Positions 1 to 11,774 of a stretch of 64,000 nucleotides of DNA are shown here, one piece after another. The DNA is taken from assembly GCA_002633005.1 (NCBI GenBank), contig NMRA01000044.1, positions 338,594 to 402,593 of the forward strand, read 5' to 3'. Both the position numbers and the translations under genes were made by a program. The first letter of the stretch is position 1, and each line of letters opens with the position of its first letter. Under the pieces are notes generated by a model, which was not told where the DNA came from, ran no database searches, and saw only the letters and a program-made list of their open reading frames with translations. Source of the stretch: Phoronis australis. Taxonomy: Eukaryota; Animalia; Phoronida.

Positions 1-229
1 TATTAATCAGCGACTGGCTTGCCCGTGTATCAGAACTGTATAAATCACAACGCTGCGATACTAAATCATGGAACAACTGGATTGCTTGTAAGTGTGGAAT
101 ATTGTAGTTATATATTCTTACAATAAACCTATGTATTATTCACCAATTTTTAGTTTTCAACATCACCCTCAGTCCGCACCGGGCTCGTAAAATCGGGGCG
201 CCTTGGTCGTAGATACCGCCCCCGTTACA
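1..229 (+). mobile_element. Possible 3' part of an LTR
   Basis: TATAAAT (~38), AATAAA (122) and terminal GTTACA (224-229) in LTR-like order; left end outside window. Confidence 0.3.
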
Positions 230-479
230 CCTATATGGCTGTAGTGTAAGGCTATGGGGACTGCTACAGTATACACAAGTTCCTGTGCGGATTACAAGCG
301 AGGTTACAGCGAAACATCAAAGCTACTTCCTTTCCCTATACTCACAGGGGAAAGTGATAGTTTAAAAACAACGATTACAAACTTTAAACACGAGTCATCT
401 CAGAAACAAACCTTCAAATGTTCTTCCTAACTAAACTTCATTCACTCCGCCAAACCATAGACGCAACATACTTAGAAAA

Positions 480-627
480 CGAATGTTGATTGGCCAACTC
501 AAAAAAGTGTAATCGAAAAGGCCAATAATATAACGTTTTACATGTATTGATTGCCTGGAAACATTTATCTGCCATCTGGCGGTCAACATCGCGTTTACTT
601 TTTAGGCTCTGTAGAGTTCCTGAAATT
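480..627 (+). promoter_or_regulatory. Putative IDS proximal promoter (CCAAT boxes, CTCF-like site)
   Basis: ATTGG (~490) and CCAAT (~523) motifs, and CCGCCAGATGGCAG on minus at 569-582, just upstream of the ATG at 628. Confidence 0.35.
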
Positions 628-3600
628 ATGGTTGGATGGGTTTTGTCAAAGAATTATTGGAAATTTATTTACCTTTTCCTTCTGTATGTCGGCGGCATAA
701 ACACTAAAAAATTTAAAGGTTAGAACACGGGCTCTTCATAAGCACATACAATGTAAAAGTACTTTGACCTCAGTGAGTTATCAGCTGGGAGTTGTCCCAG
801 ATTATCAGTCAGCTGGTCAGAGCAATTCCAGTTCAGTGGAAGAGGAAAAAGTGGATTGGAATCAACTCCCAAAAGGTTTTGTTATGGAAAAGTCTATAGA
901 AAATCTTTCACAGGGTGGCATGGTGCTACACAGAGCAACACAATTTTTTTAACTGAGACATTACGCTCTGCCTCTCTTCAGGATTTTCCCAACCACCAAG
1001 TATGAATGCGTCTTACCAATTGGGTGAATTGGGATTATAGTAGTCACTTACTATAGTGCCTGGTCTTTAGTGGGTGGCTTCTTTTTGAGGATTAGGGACA
1101 GAAATATAGGTGTCGTGCACTGATGACCCTGCTGCCTGTTTGTGACGACATTCTTTACCCGCACATCGGACGCTGCTCACCATTAAACCAAGCCCGTCAA
1201 CGATCGAAAACCAAACTTTGTGTTGCTGAAAAATCGGTTATTCAACAGAGGAAAAGAGAAGTAAAGTGCATTTCAACTGCAGTGCACTATAGTGGAATAT
1301 ACATACTTTGTTGCATTATGTGACCAACCTGTAATGTGTTACCAGTACCCGAAAGCACAATGAGGCATCAGAGTGGTCCTAATACCCCAGAAAGAAGGCA
1401 GTGAAATTTGAATAGGGGACTGCTTCATGACTTGAGAAGTTACGATTTCAAAATTACTGTATCGTGTGAAAATAGTTAAATATATCGTACAAGATTTAAT
1501 ATTTGGTAAATGTTGACTGCGTGATGGAAATGTGTCATGCATGATTTGACTTGTAGGTGTTAGTTCAGCTGTGACTGAGCTTGATAATTTAAAAAGTAGT
1601 AGAATGTTTTTCAGTTTCGTTGAGCAACATTTATCATGTTTATTGTTTTTTTAATTTTATATCCAGACAATATAAAAAGGCATTATGTGCTATTGATAGT
1701 GAAAAAGTAGTGTAATGTTTGACTAATTATATTGAATGGTTCTGTGTATTTTTATCAGATTCTGTTTTTATTGTATTTTTCAAATTTAGATCGAAACGGC
1801 ATTCTGCAAAGGCCAAATGTGCTGTTCATTGTGGCTGACGATCTTAGACCATCACTTGGTTGCTACGGTTACAAGAATGTGGTGACACCCAACATTGACC
1901 AGCTGGCTTCAAAATCCATAAAGTTCAATAATGCCTATGTGCAGGTAAGTGGAGATTAGCTGAAGCAACTCAAAAATACTTTGTTTTATGCACAGGAATA
2001 ACACGAATGTAGATAACATGTGGATTGTATTGTATTACAGGAATTACTAATTTTTTTGAGAGGCACTGAATCATGAAGTGGTGTCACAGTACACTTTAAT
2101 AGGGCCGTCCTGGATTATATAGCAACACTCGAATCTCGGAGTATTTCCCACAATGCCAAAAGCATGCGTCAGGCACATTTACTGCCTCGTTTTTGTGCCA
2201 CTCGAGTTCAACATATCAGTTGTTGTTGTCTGATTCTTTGCAAGTTTTTCTCGGTTGCATTATGCTTCTTGTTTTTCCAATGCCAACAAAGTATTACTGC
2301 TGTGCTGTTGGCTACAACATGAAAAAAGTGATAAACCAGAGATGCATGATCTGAAATTTTTTGCCTTCACAACATCAATGTGAGACGAAAATGTGCCTGA
2401 TTTCCAAAACCAGATCACGCACTTTCTTACCTCCAGGACAAGGGAGAGATCTGTCGCCATGTAATTTGGGACGGCAATGTTGCAGAGAAACGATGAATGG
2501 ATTTTTCAGACTATGCACCCTAACCCTCTCTGTTACAGCCTTCATATGGCCACAGAATTTGTCCCTTTTTCTTCAACTATTGCATTCTTTGTTCAAAGAG
2601 AATGCAATTTCTTCTGTAGAAAACACAGAAACAGTTCTGTTTATTGAGATCTCCTTGTTTGTTCATCAGCTATGTTGAAAGATACTTGATATCTGTGCTG
2701 AAGCTGTGCGACTGGTTGTGTATGATGCCTGTAAGACCATTTCCTAGTGGTCATGATTAGGGATATGTTTGTCTAAGCAGCAATAAATCAAAGTTATGTT
2801 GATGTAACGAAATGGACCTATTTTGACTAAGGAACAATTTGAAACCAATTTTATAACAGGAAGTGGTCTTAATAACAATGGTTTCTGTGATGGAAGATGG
2901 GTTCGCCTCCGCTGTAACTTAGTTTGGGACACCCTGTATTTATTGGCATGTGAGGTTCAATTTGCTAAAATCTGGCTGTGAAAAAGCTGCACATCAGCCA
3001 TGGTTAGAACACTCCAGGGCTCAAGACCACCAGGTGTATGTTTTACTCAAAGTTTTACTCGATACTGGACTCAGAATTTACCAATCCCTTGGCACACTTC
3101 CAGTAAAGTTTTGTATTGCCTGTGACGGGATTGGTTCACTTTTCGTAAAGCTTTTGAGTGAAGCACGGTTCTCTTGGGCTCAGTGCTTTGTGCAGGTACA
3201 CAGGTCTTGGTTTGGTTTTATTTTTGAACATTTCAAACAAAACCATTATTCAGTAGCATATCTAAGATGTTGTAAGAGTGTTGCCTAACCCCAATTTTTG
3301 ACATGAAGGAAAATGAACTATGGTCATTTACAGGCCTCTAGATTTTGAGAATGATTTTGGTGTGTGCATGTTATTCAGAGGAGAAAAATGGTTCCCAAAA
3401 TGCAGAAATAAAAGACCATTACTGGAATCAAAGACTGGATGTTTGAAACCGTGAGAATGGCATACTGGCCTTTTGAAATACCGCTATAGATGGTACTTGT
3501 AATAGTTTGTCGCATTTGTTCTAGCAAGCTCTTTGTGGGCCTAGTCGCACCTCATTCTTGACGAGTCGACGCCCGGATTCCCTGAAGCTCTATGGATTCT

Positions 3601-6600
3601 ACTCTTACTGGCGAGAAGTGGCGGGAAACTACACATCTCTCCCAGAGCACTTCAAGAAAAATGGCTACCACACAGTAACAGCTGGGAAGGTGTTTGACCC
3701 TAGTCAGGCCTCCAATAAGACTTGTGACTACCCCTACAGTTGGTCAAGGAAACCATATATACCATCAACATTTAAATATAAGATGGCAAAGGTGAGGCTC
3801 AAATCGGGTATAAATTTATATTGTCAAAAATGTGTCCAGGGGTTAGCTGAGGTAATGCTGTTAGTATAACCGGATGGTGCTATGCATGCAATATTAGGAG
3901 TGTCCCTTTTGTCAGAAACTGAAACCTGTGGACAAATAAATTTTCAGTATCTCGGTGGAAACAGTTACATAATTTTAGACACCATTAATTAAAGACCTTG
4001 CTCTTATTCCCATTTGATACTTAGAACCCTTGTAACTTTCAACAAAATGTTTCAAGTATCCAAAATTACAGATTTGCTACTGCTTTTGGGACTTAGTTCC
4101 TTTTCAAATTTCATTATCACCGACTTCAAAAGACAGTCTTGACTTTGATAAAAGTGGCCTTACATATTCACAGCGGCTATGCAATTTTCCATGGCTGTCC
4201 TAGGCATAGAAACTTTTAAAGCTTTCTCTCCTTCATGTTACAAGGTATGTGCTGGACCGGATGGCAAGAAGTACATGAACATCGTTTGCCCAGTAGATGT
4301 CGCTTCCCAGCCTGAGGGAACTCTCCCTGACATTCAGTCAACAGAATATGCAATTGACTTCTTGAAGACTTACAACCGCTCAGATAGTGGGCCATTCTTT
4401 CTTGCTCTTGGTTATTACAAACCTCACATACCACTCAAGTACCCAAAGGAATTTCTGGGTAATTATACTGTATGTATTTGTGACCACATACTAGGAAACA
4501 TTCAACATACAACTATTTAACTTTATGAGAGCACAAAAGCATCATTCACTTGACCTAATGTCTAATTCTAAAGTACAAGACAAGGGCTGAGTTGACAGGG
4601 ACGAAATGCAATTTCTTTCATTCACGAACATTTTGAGACAATGAAATTTTTGAGTGAGTCATTTGAATATCCGGCTTTTTGATTAGGGGATGGTTTCAAA
4701 TAATTTTTTTTTGTTGGAGAATATTAAAATCTGTACAAGAATGCTAATTACGCTGTCCACCAACTACCCTAACGCCAGCTAGCGAGGAGGTGTATTTCAT
4801 TATATATGTTGTTGCTATATCACAAAATGGGTTTTCATGAAGTGTTTCCTACTTTTAGCGGTATTTGGATTGAGTCAGGTGAGAACTAAACTTGTTCAGT
4901 ACACAAGCCAAGTCAACTATGTGACAACTATGTAGTGTTCAAGCAGTGCTCTTGCAAACAACTGCAGCTGTTCCCAGTCTTCAAGTAAAAAGCAACAGGT
5001 CATAAAAATGTCGTAGTTTGTGCTTTTCAGATTCCGTAGTGTATGGATCTGTCAAAATCAGCTGGTGAGATATGAATCGTTGCATGGCATAAGTTGCGCT
5101 ATGAATTCTGTAAGAAGCATCAGAAAAAAGGCAACTTTTTGTTTTTAGTGCCGTTAATTCATTGCTAATGCGATAATTGCTCTGCTCTATATAACAGGAC
5201 CTTAGAGGAGTGTTTATTATAAATCGATTTCTTGACAACAGCGGTTCTCATTTAAACCTATTGACAGGAGTGCTGTAAAATGGGACAAGTTTCTTACGTC
5301 CACCTCTGTATGGTTCCAGTTTCTTTTCAGACTTGTATCCATTATCTGAAATCGATCTTGCCCCTGACCCCACAAAGCCTCCTAAACTGCCACCTGTTGC
5401 CTGGAACCCATGGACTGACCTGAGACTGAGAGATGATGTGAAAGCACTTAATATCAGCTTTCCATATGGACCTGTACCTAAACATTTCCAAGTGAGTAAA
5501 ACTGTTGTATTCATTATTTTGTCTTAAGGTGTTGGTTTGTTATGATTTAAGTTTTTTTTTTGAAAAAAATTTTGTGATGCAGTTTTAAAAATTGTTTTTA
5601 TTATCAGGGACTCATCTGCAGCTGCCTGTTTAAATGGCGAGGTATATTTCCTTTGATTATTTTTCTGGGACGTGTTTACACAGCTGTAACAGCCATTAAA
5701 CACTAGGGGCACACTGACAAACCTGTTTAACCCACAGACACAATGAAGTGTGTTCTTTCACCAAGCTTTGGAAGCCCCTGATACTGGAGCTGCATTCTGT
5801 AGACCAAGTTTCTTCTGAGAAAAGCAAGACCTCGCAAAATCACGCGAGGGAAAGGCCAGTATTTTCCGTGTATGCTTGGGAGCTCACTTGACTAAACTAG
5901 CAAAATGGCAGCCACTGAAATAATTGGTTGGTGAGGTTGAGTTCACAGGTTATTGGATAAAATTCACTATTTCTATTTCATAGTTGAAGATTTTTCACAG
6001 CAAGTGCAATAATAAATATTGTGTCTATGGAACTCACCCCTGTTCTTGTGTTAAGACTGCATGTTTATTACAGCGACTTATGAGACAAAGCTATTACGCT
6101 GCCACATCTTATACTGACAACTTGATCGGAAGAGTACTCTCAACACTGGACCACCAGGGCTACGCAGACAACACCATTGTTGTATTCTTTGGAGATCACG
6201 GTGAGACTCTTGACTCTGAGTAGAAGTTTCTGGAAATAAGCTCCGGGATGTGTATGTAGAAGTCTAACTTTAGCCTTTTCAGGACCTTGTCTTTAGTACA
6301 CTTTTGAAAAGGATGATGTGTAACTGCATGTCATATTGTACTTTGCATTGGTGATAATCTAGCTTGAAAACAGCAAGAATTAAAAAATCTCATCGCAGAG
6401 TCTTACTCAGCCTATGCTATTGTGAAAAGCAGCTTGCGAATTAAGCAGTGTTGAAACTAACACAATCAAACAAACTCTTAAGATTGAATAATTATTCTGT
6501 TAGCTTGCACATTTTGAACATTATTTTAAAGCCATCGTCTGGGGTAGAGTTCAGTAACGCTAGGGCCTCGCTAAAATGCAAGACTTTGCGGTATTATGTG

Positions 6601-7605
6601 AGATATGGCCGTGTATTTTAAATGAGAACACGATTTTGGCTAGGTCCTAGCGTTACTGAACTCTACCTTGGTCTTTTTAGCAAATAATGAACTGTTAAAT
6701 TTATCCCTAGCCTGGGATTCACTTACAACCTGAGTAATGAGATAGTTCATAAACAATGGGAAGTGGCCTGAACCAAAGGAATGGGAGTTTTTACTGATCA
6801 AGCAGTTTTAGTTTTTGTCAACAACCAAATGTTCTGGCATATTCCAGGGTGGTCCTTAGGCGATCATCAAGAGTGGTCCAAGTACAGTCTGTTCGAAGTA
6901 GCCACACGTGTGCCACTCCTTGTCCATGTTCCGGGGCTCACATCGGCTGACTCTTCTTTTCCATTCATTGATACTCTTAAAAAGGTCAAGACCGTTTTCT
7001 CCAATCATGTCACTTCGAAATCTGACATGCACAAAATGTTGCCAAACAAAATTTTCAATGAACAAGTGCAATTTCATCTGTCAAGCAATACTGTTCGTAA
7101 GAGTCTCGAATCATCTGCCATTGTGGAATTGGTCGACTTGTTCCCGAGTCTTGCTGACCTCGCAGGATTAAAAGTGCCGCCCAAATGCCCTCATCCTTCT
7201 TTTAATTCCACATTTTGTACCGAGGGAACCAGTTTTGCACCGCTCATCAAGGAAATTGTGACGACAAATAACAAAAATGTACAATGGAAAAAGGCAGCAT
7301 TTAGCCAATATCCTCGTCCGTCAGATAAGCCACAGTATAACAGCGATCAACCCTTTCTCAAGGATATTAACATCATGGGATACTCTATGCGAACGGACAA
7401 GCTACGCTACAATGAATGGATCAGTTTTAACCACAGCACATTTCAAGCGAACTGGACAGAGGTACATGCTCGTGAGCTTTACTTCCATAAGACAGATGAA
7501 CTCGAAGATAACAACGTCGCAAACGATCCACGCTACACAAAATTGATTGAGAAACTGTCGCGTGATTTGAGAGAAGGTTGGTGGGGCTGTGCACCTCCAT
7601 TTTAG
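628..7605 (+). CDS. IDS: Iduronate-2-sulfatase (lysosomal sulfatase), 7 coding exons, ~590 aa
   Basis: Exons 628-718, 1790-1944, 3525-3791, 4245-4458, 5331-5491, 6074-6200, 6848-7605; all GT-AG, phases consistent, sum 1773 nt. Signal-peptide-like [23 protein letters not shown]; [12 protein letters not shown]; formylglycine motif [18 protein letters not shown]; GKVF; YYKPHIP; [12 protein letters not shown]; [17 protein letters not shown]; FSQYPRP; IMGYSMRT, all typical of IDS. Confidence 0.95.
6543..6667. mobile_element. Small MITE (125 bp) with perfect 22-bp TIRs in IDS intron 6
   Basis: GGTAGAGTTCAGTAACGCTAGG ... CCTAGCGTTACTGAACTCTACC. Confidence 0.7.
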
Positions 7606-9053
7606 GGCTTACACTTGTGGTATGATTAGTTATTTTAGAAATAAGATCTGAACTCATGTGCTTTCATTGCTTCATGAACTGTTTCATATTTTAGTGCCAT
7701 ATTTGGAGTGGTCTCCTTTACGTGCATGAATACAACTGCTATCTCAACATCTTATTTTCTGGTAAGTACGATATTTTTGGTGTTGCGCCAGATTTCCGTT
7801 AAATGATAATTTTTTCATACAGCAAAGATACTGTCACGAGATGGCATTAGTGTTGGAGTTGGACTATTATTATCCACCCAAAATTCTCAAGTGATATGGA
7901 TGGAAGTTTATAAACAGTAAGACACCATTTTGATTTCTTTGTCATTATCACAGCATTTAATTACTATTGTGTATTTTTTAAACATCTTGCACAAAAACAA
8001 GTTGCAAAATTGATCAGTCTGGCTTCAGTTACTAGACTATGGTGCAGAGTCCAAAAACCTGCACGTAATTGTGTTCTTTCCTCAGCTTGGTTGCTAGAGC
8101 GTGCTCTCCATGACCTGCCTCTGACACCAGCCCAGTGCACACATTACAGTGATTTTATGTTGTAGCCGAGTCACTTTTTATTAATGTTGCAATGTTATTG
8201 TGATGACTAATTTTGGTGCCATTGTTGAAAAATGACAAATCTACAGGACTTGTATTTTTATTAAGCCAATTTTTGATGTGGCATTGTACTTTTCATTCTT
8301 CACTTTGCACTGCAAGTGTAATCATTGTACTGATGTCTGATTGACACGTTTATTTTATAACAACATTAACCCATGCTATTTCATGACCATTTTGTATGCA
8401 TGTGCCTTATTTTATATATATCTATATACACATATACATATAAAATACACGATATATTATGTAACATATGTGTTTGTACCAGTGGTGATTATATCAAAAT
8501 TTGTGATATACAGATTAAAGTATTTGAACTATGGCTAAGCATGGTATAGTATGAAAAATTGTCAATTTATTTCACGTTGTTTTAGTTTTTTTCAACAGCT
8601 ATCATTATTTACATGTGAAAATATTGCACACTGAGCTGAACCAGAAGCGACGCTATATATATATATATATATGTTATGTTGCTGGTATTCGTAGTGGTTT
8701 GGACTGCACAGTGGGATATTTTGGCGAGAAAGAAGGCATCTGTATTCAGTGCAAGTTGGGTACGGAAAATCCGTATTGGATGTTAATAAATGTACGGAAT
8801 AGTTGTTCCATAACACCCCTATAGGACCCACTATTTCATGGCCATTCTATCACGCGTATAGGATAAATACAGGTACATTTTTAAAAGTGTTTTTTATTAT
8901 TTTATGAATAAAACTGGATAACTTTGTCAGGGATTGTCCATAAATATCCAAAATTTTCAAAACTTTACAAAGTACATTCACTTAATATTTAGCACACAAT
9001 ATGGCCGACAAGTAAAACCCTATTTTGTCAAATTTCTCATCCAAAGTCCAGAT

Positions 9054-9955
9054 TTAAGGCGAAGGCAACCTTTTTCTCAAGTCAATTTTATCAAAAATAA
9101 GGCTCGTTGATTATCCCAAACATATTTTTCAGTTAATTACAGCTTTTTGTAATTTAAACAATTACTTGTCCTTTACTCCGGAAGTGACGTTTTGGGAGGC
9201 AAGAATTTCGCACCAATTTCTTTTCATATAGACCGACTGTGAGACTTGCCAAGTCAGTCATTGCTCTACCTTGGTTGTGATAACTTCGGTCGTCGTTTTG
9301 CTTTTGTTTACGAGTCGGTCAACATGCCACACTGTTGCTGCGTACCGGGATGTACTCATTGTCTCACGGACAGAGGAACAACTGTCCCACTTGCCGGAGT
9401 GTCCCGCGACACACTCCTACTGGATGGTGACCTGGGCACACAAACTGCTTACGTCCCGCCGTGTGGCGCCTTCGCCACACACCTGGCACCTTCTAAATAG
9501 CCCCAGTACTTTAGCCAATAAACTTATCAAAGTTTGGCTCACCGATCTGTTCATTGGACGACAAACTGTCCTCTTCACTCGGTGTCTAACTGGGCCTGTA
9601 TTCACTCCCACTACTCAACATTGCAGCAGGGCTGCTTACAGGCTCTGGTCGATAATGAGTACATCCCGGTACGCAGCAACAGTGTGGCATGTTGACTTAC
9701 TCGTAAACAAAAGCAAACGATGACCGAACTTATCACAGCCGACGTAGAACAATGACTGATTCAACAGCTCTCACACTCAGACTATATGAGAAGAAATTGG
9801 CAAGAAATTCTTTCCTCCCAAAACGTCACCTCCGGATTAGAGGACAAGTAATTAAATTGCAAAAAGCTGAAATTAAGTGAAAAATTTGCCTGGGATAACC
9901 AATTAACTTTATTTTTGCTAAAAATGACATGAAAAAAGATTGTATTCCCCTTTAA
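9054..9955. mobile_element. Kolobok-type non-autonomous DNA transposon with ~305-bp TIRs and TTAA target site
   Basis: 9058-9363 is the imperfect reverse complement of 9651-9951; flanked by TTAA (9054-9057, 9952-9955); each arm encodes THAP-like start MPHCCCVPGC (ATG 9324 on +, 9690 on -). Confidence 0.8.
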
Positions 9956-10327
9956 GAGCATTCCAGTCTATTAGCAGCATGGTTTGTAGAGTGTAGATAT
10001 CATAAAATAACAGTTGATCCAGTTTGCAGTATAAGTAGCGAGGTAGTCAGCCTTTGAAAAATGGAAAAGCAACCATTTTGGAAATTTTTTGTGTGAAATA
10101 AGTGAAAAAATAGCATTTATTTGGACAGATCCTTTGCGCTAAAAAGAAATTTCTAAAAAGCAGAGTTCTTCTCTTCTTATAGGCGATTTCCAAAATTTTT
10201 TGATGTTTTTAAATGTGTAAGCCATCATGATCAACCTCCTTGTCCCTAGCATATTTAGTAGTAGTAATAAAAATGATGATTTCTTCGGAAAAAAACGGTC
10301 TGTTCACACAAGAGAACTATCATTCAT

Positions 10328-10566
10328 CAGGACTTGGAATGATCAATGACAAAAAAGGAAAATTTCCAGGTGATGTATTGTTTCTTTAATAAACAGGCTC
10401 GTGCGATAGAAATATCTATGTAAAATTCAACTGAAATACAGGTTTCTTCATGAATTACGTCAAAATGATAAAAACGGACAAAAAAGTAGAAACTGGAAAT
10501 AAAGTAAGAGGAAATCGAAACCATGAAAGGTGAAATCCTTTTAAAAGAGGAAAATTCCAAGCCCTA
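10328..10566. mobile_element. MITE with CAGG..TTGGAA TIRs and 6-bp TSD ATTCAT
   Basis: ATTCAT|CAGGACTTGGAA...TTCCAAGCCCTA|ATTCAT; internal similarity to 12997-13239. Confidence 0.75.
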
Positions 10567-11774
10567 ATTCATTTGCTAGTAGAGGTGTCGTCCTCATACT
10601 TAGATGCATGACGTGCATTCAACATTCTCTTGAACTAACTTGAAATACAACACAAAATGTTCCCGGGAGCAAATAAACAATTTATTCTCTTGGGATTTTT
10701 AATTATAAAACAGTATTCAACAAATAGCTTCATACCGTACTACATTGACCTCTTGCAGAGTGCCCTACTAAAAGATGAGGTGGTAAAATTATCAATTGGG
10801 TAAGATCGTCCATATATAAGTGGACTTCACAACACAGCGGACATGTTTAATGAAAAAAGGTACAGCTTTTGTCTTCAAATAGATAACTTCTGCATTTCAC
10901 ACTCTTCCTGAGCAGTTCATGAATATGACATGCTGATGACATGGTCAACACCAATTTTGGTTACCATAAATTAAAGCAGAAAAAGCACGCGACCCTATTC
11001 TCCCACTGAGGCAACGGATAAAACCTAGTGTCACCTGATTGTTTGAAGTGTCATGTGACCGAGTGGGCGACAGCTCATCCTAATATGCCATGTAAATCTG
11101 ATTTTCTGCAAATTACGCATCATCAGGCTAAATCATGTCGCTATATGTATTTTTTGAGCGCACAAGAGCACTTTTGGAGGTCGTAGACGTTTTCAAATCC
11201 AAACTAGAACAAATACTATGGCTAGCAAGATCTTTTTCAATTGATTTTTTCACTTGTCATCAAAATCGAGAAATCACCTTCATTAATTTCAATGTCCTTA
11301 AGGTCAAACGGAAATGTACAGCAGGTTATGGAAGGTAACTCGTCTGCAGCCACGCCGAGAGGAGGCAGCACAGACGGGAGACCTGTCAAATGATCGCGCT
11401 GAAACTAAACCAAAAGTATGACTGTAAAATCTAGTGAAAAGGACTTTATTTTTGTTCATGCACTGTTTTTGTCAGTGTAGGGTAATGTCAACCGAAGACA
11501 AAATTCCAGGCTACAATAGTAAACAAAAAATAGCCCCACACAACTGTACACATATAAAGTTAACAAGGTCTCTCCACCAAACAAACTTGTTCCTGACTGA
11601 CTCTCCGTGTTTGTATTCTTTCACTTGACTAACATTTGCCATTACATCTGCTCTGAATGGCCACCAACAGCAGATTCCATGCTGCTCAAATCAACGGTAA
11701 CATACAATGCCGTCCCTCACAAACTACACGAAAAATAATGTCACGCTCCATCGGTACACGGCGTTCCGTCTGTA

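Noticed and set aside
9271-9723. 150-aa ORF inside the palindromic element
   Set aside because: No recognisable domain in this frame; the only protein-like signal is the short THAP start in another frame.
11095-11135. Hammerhead-like CTGATGA-stem-GAAA on the minus strand
   Set aside because: No room for stem I, and stem II lacks the usual G-C closing pair.
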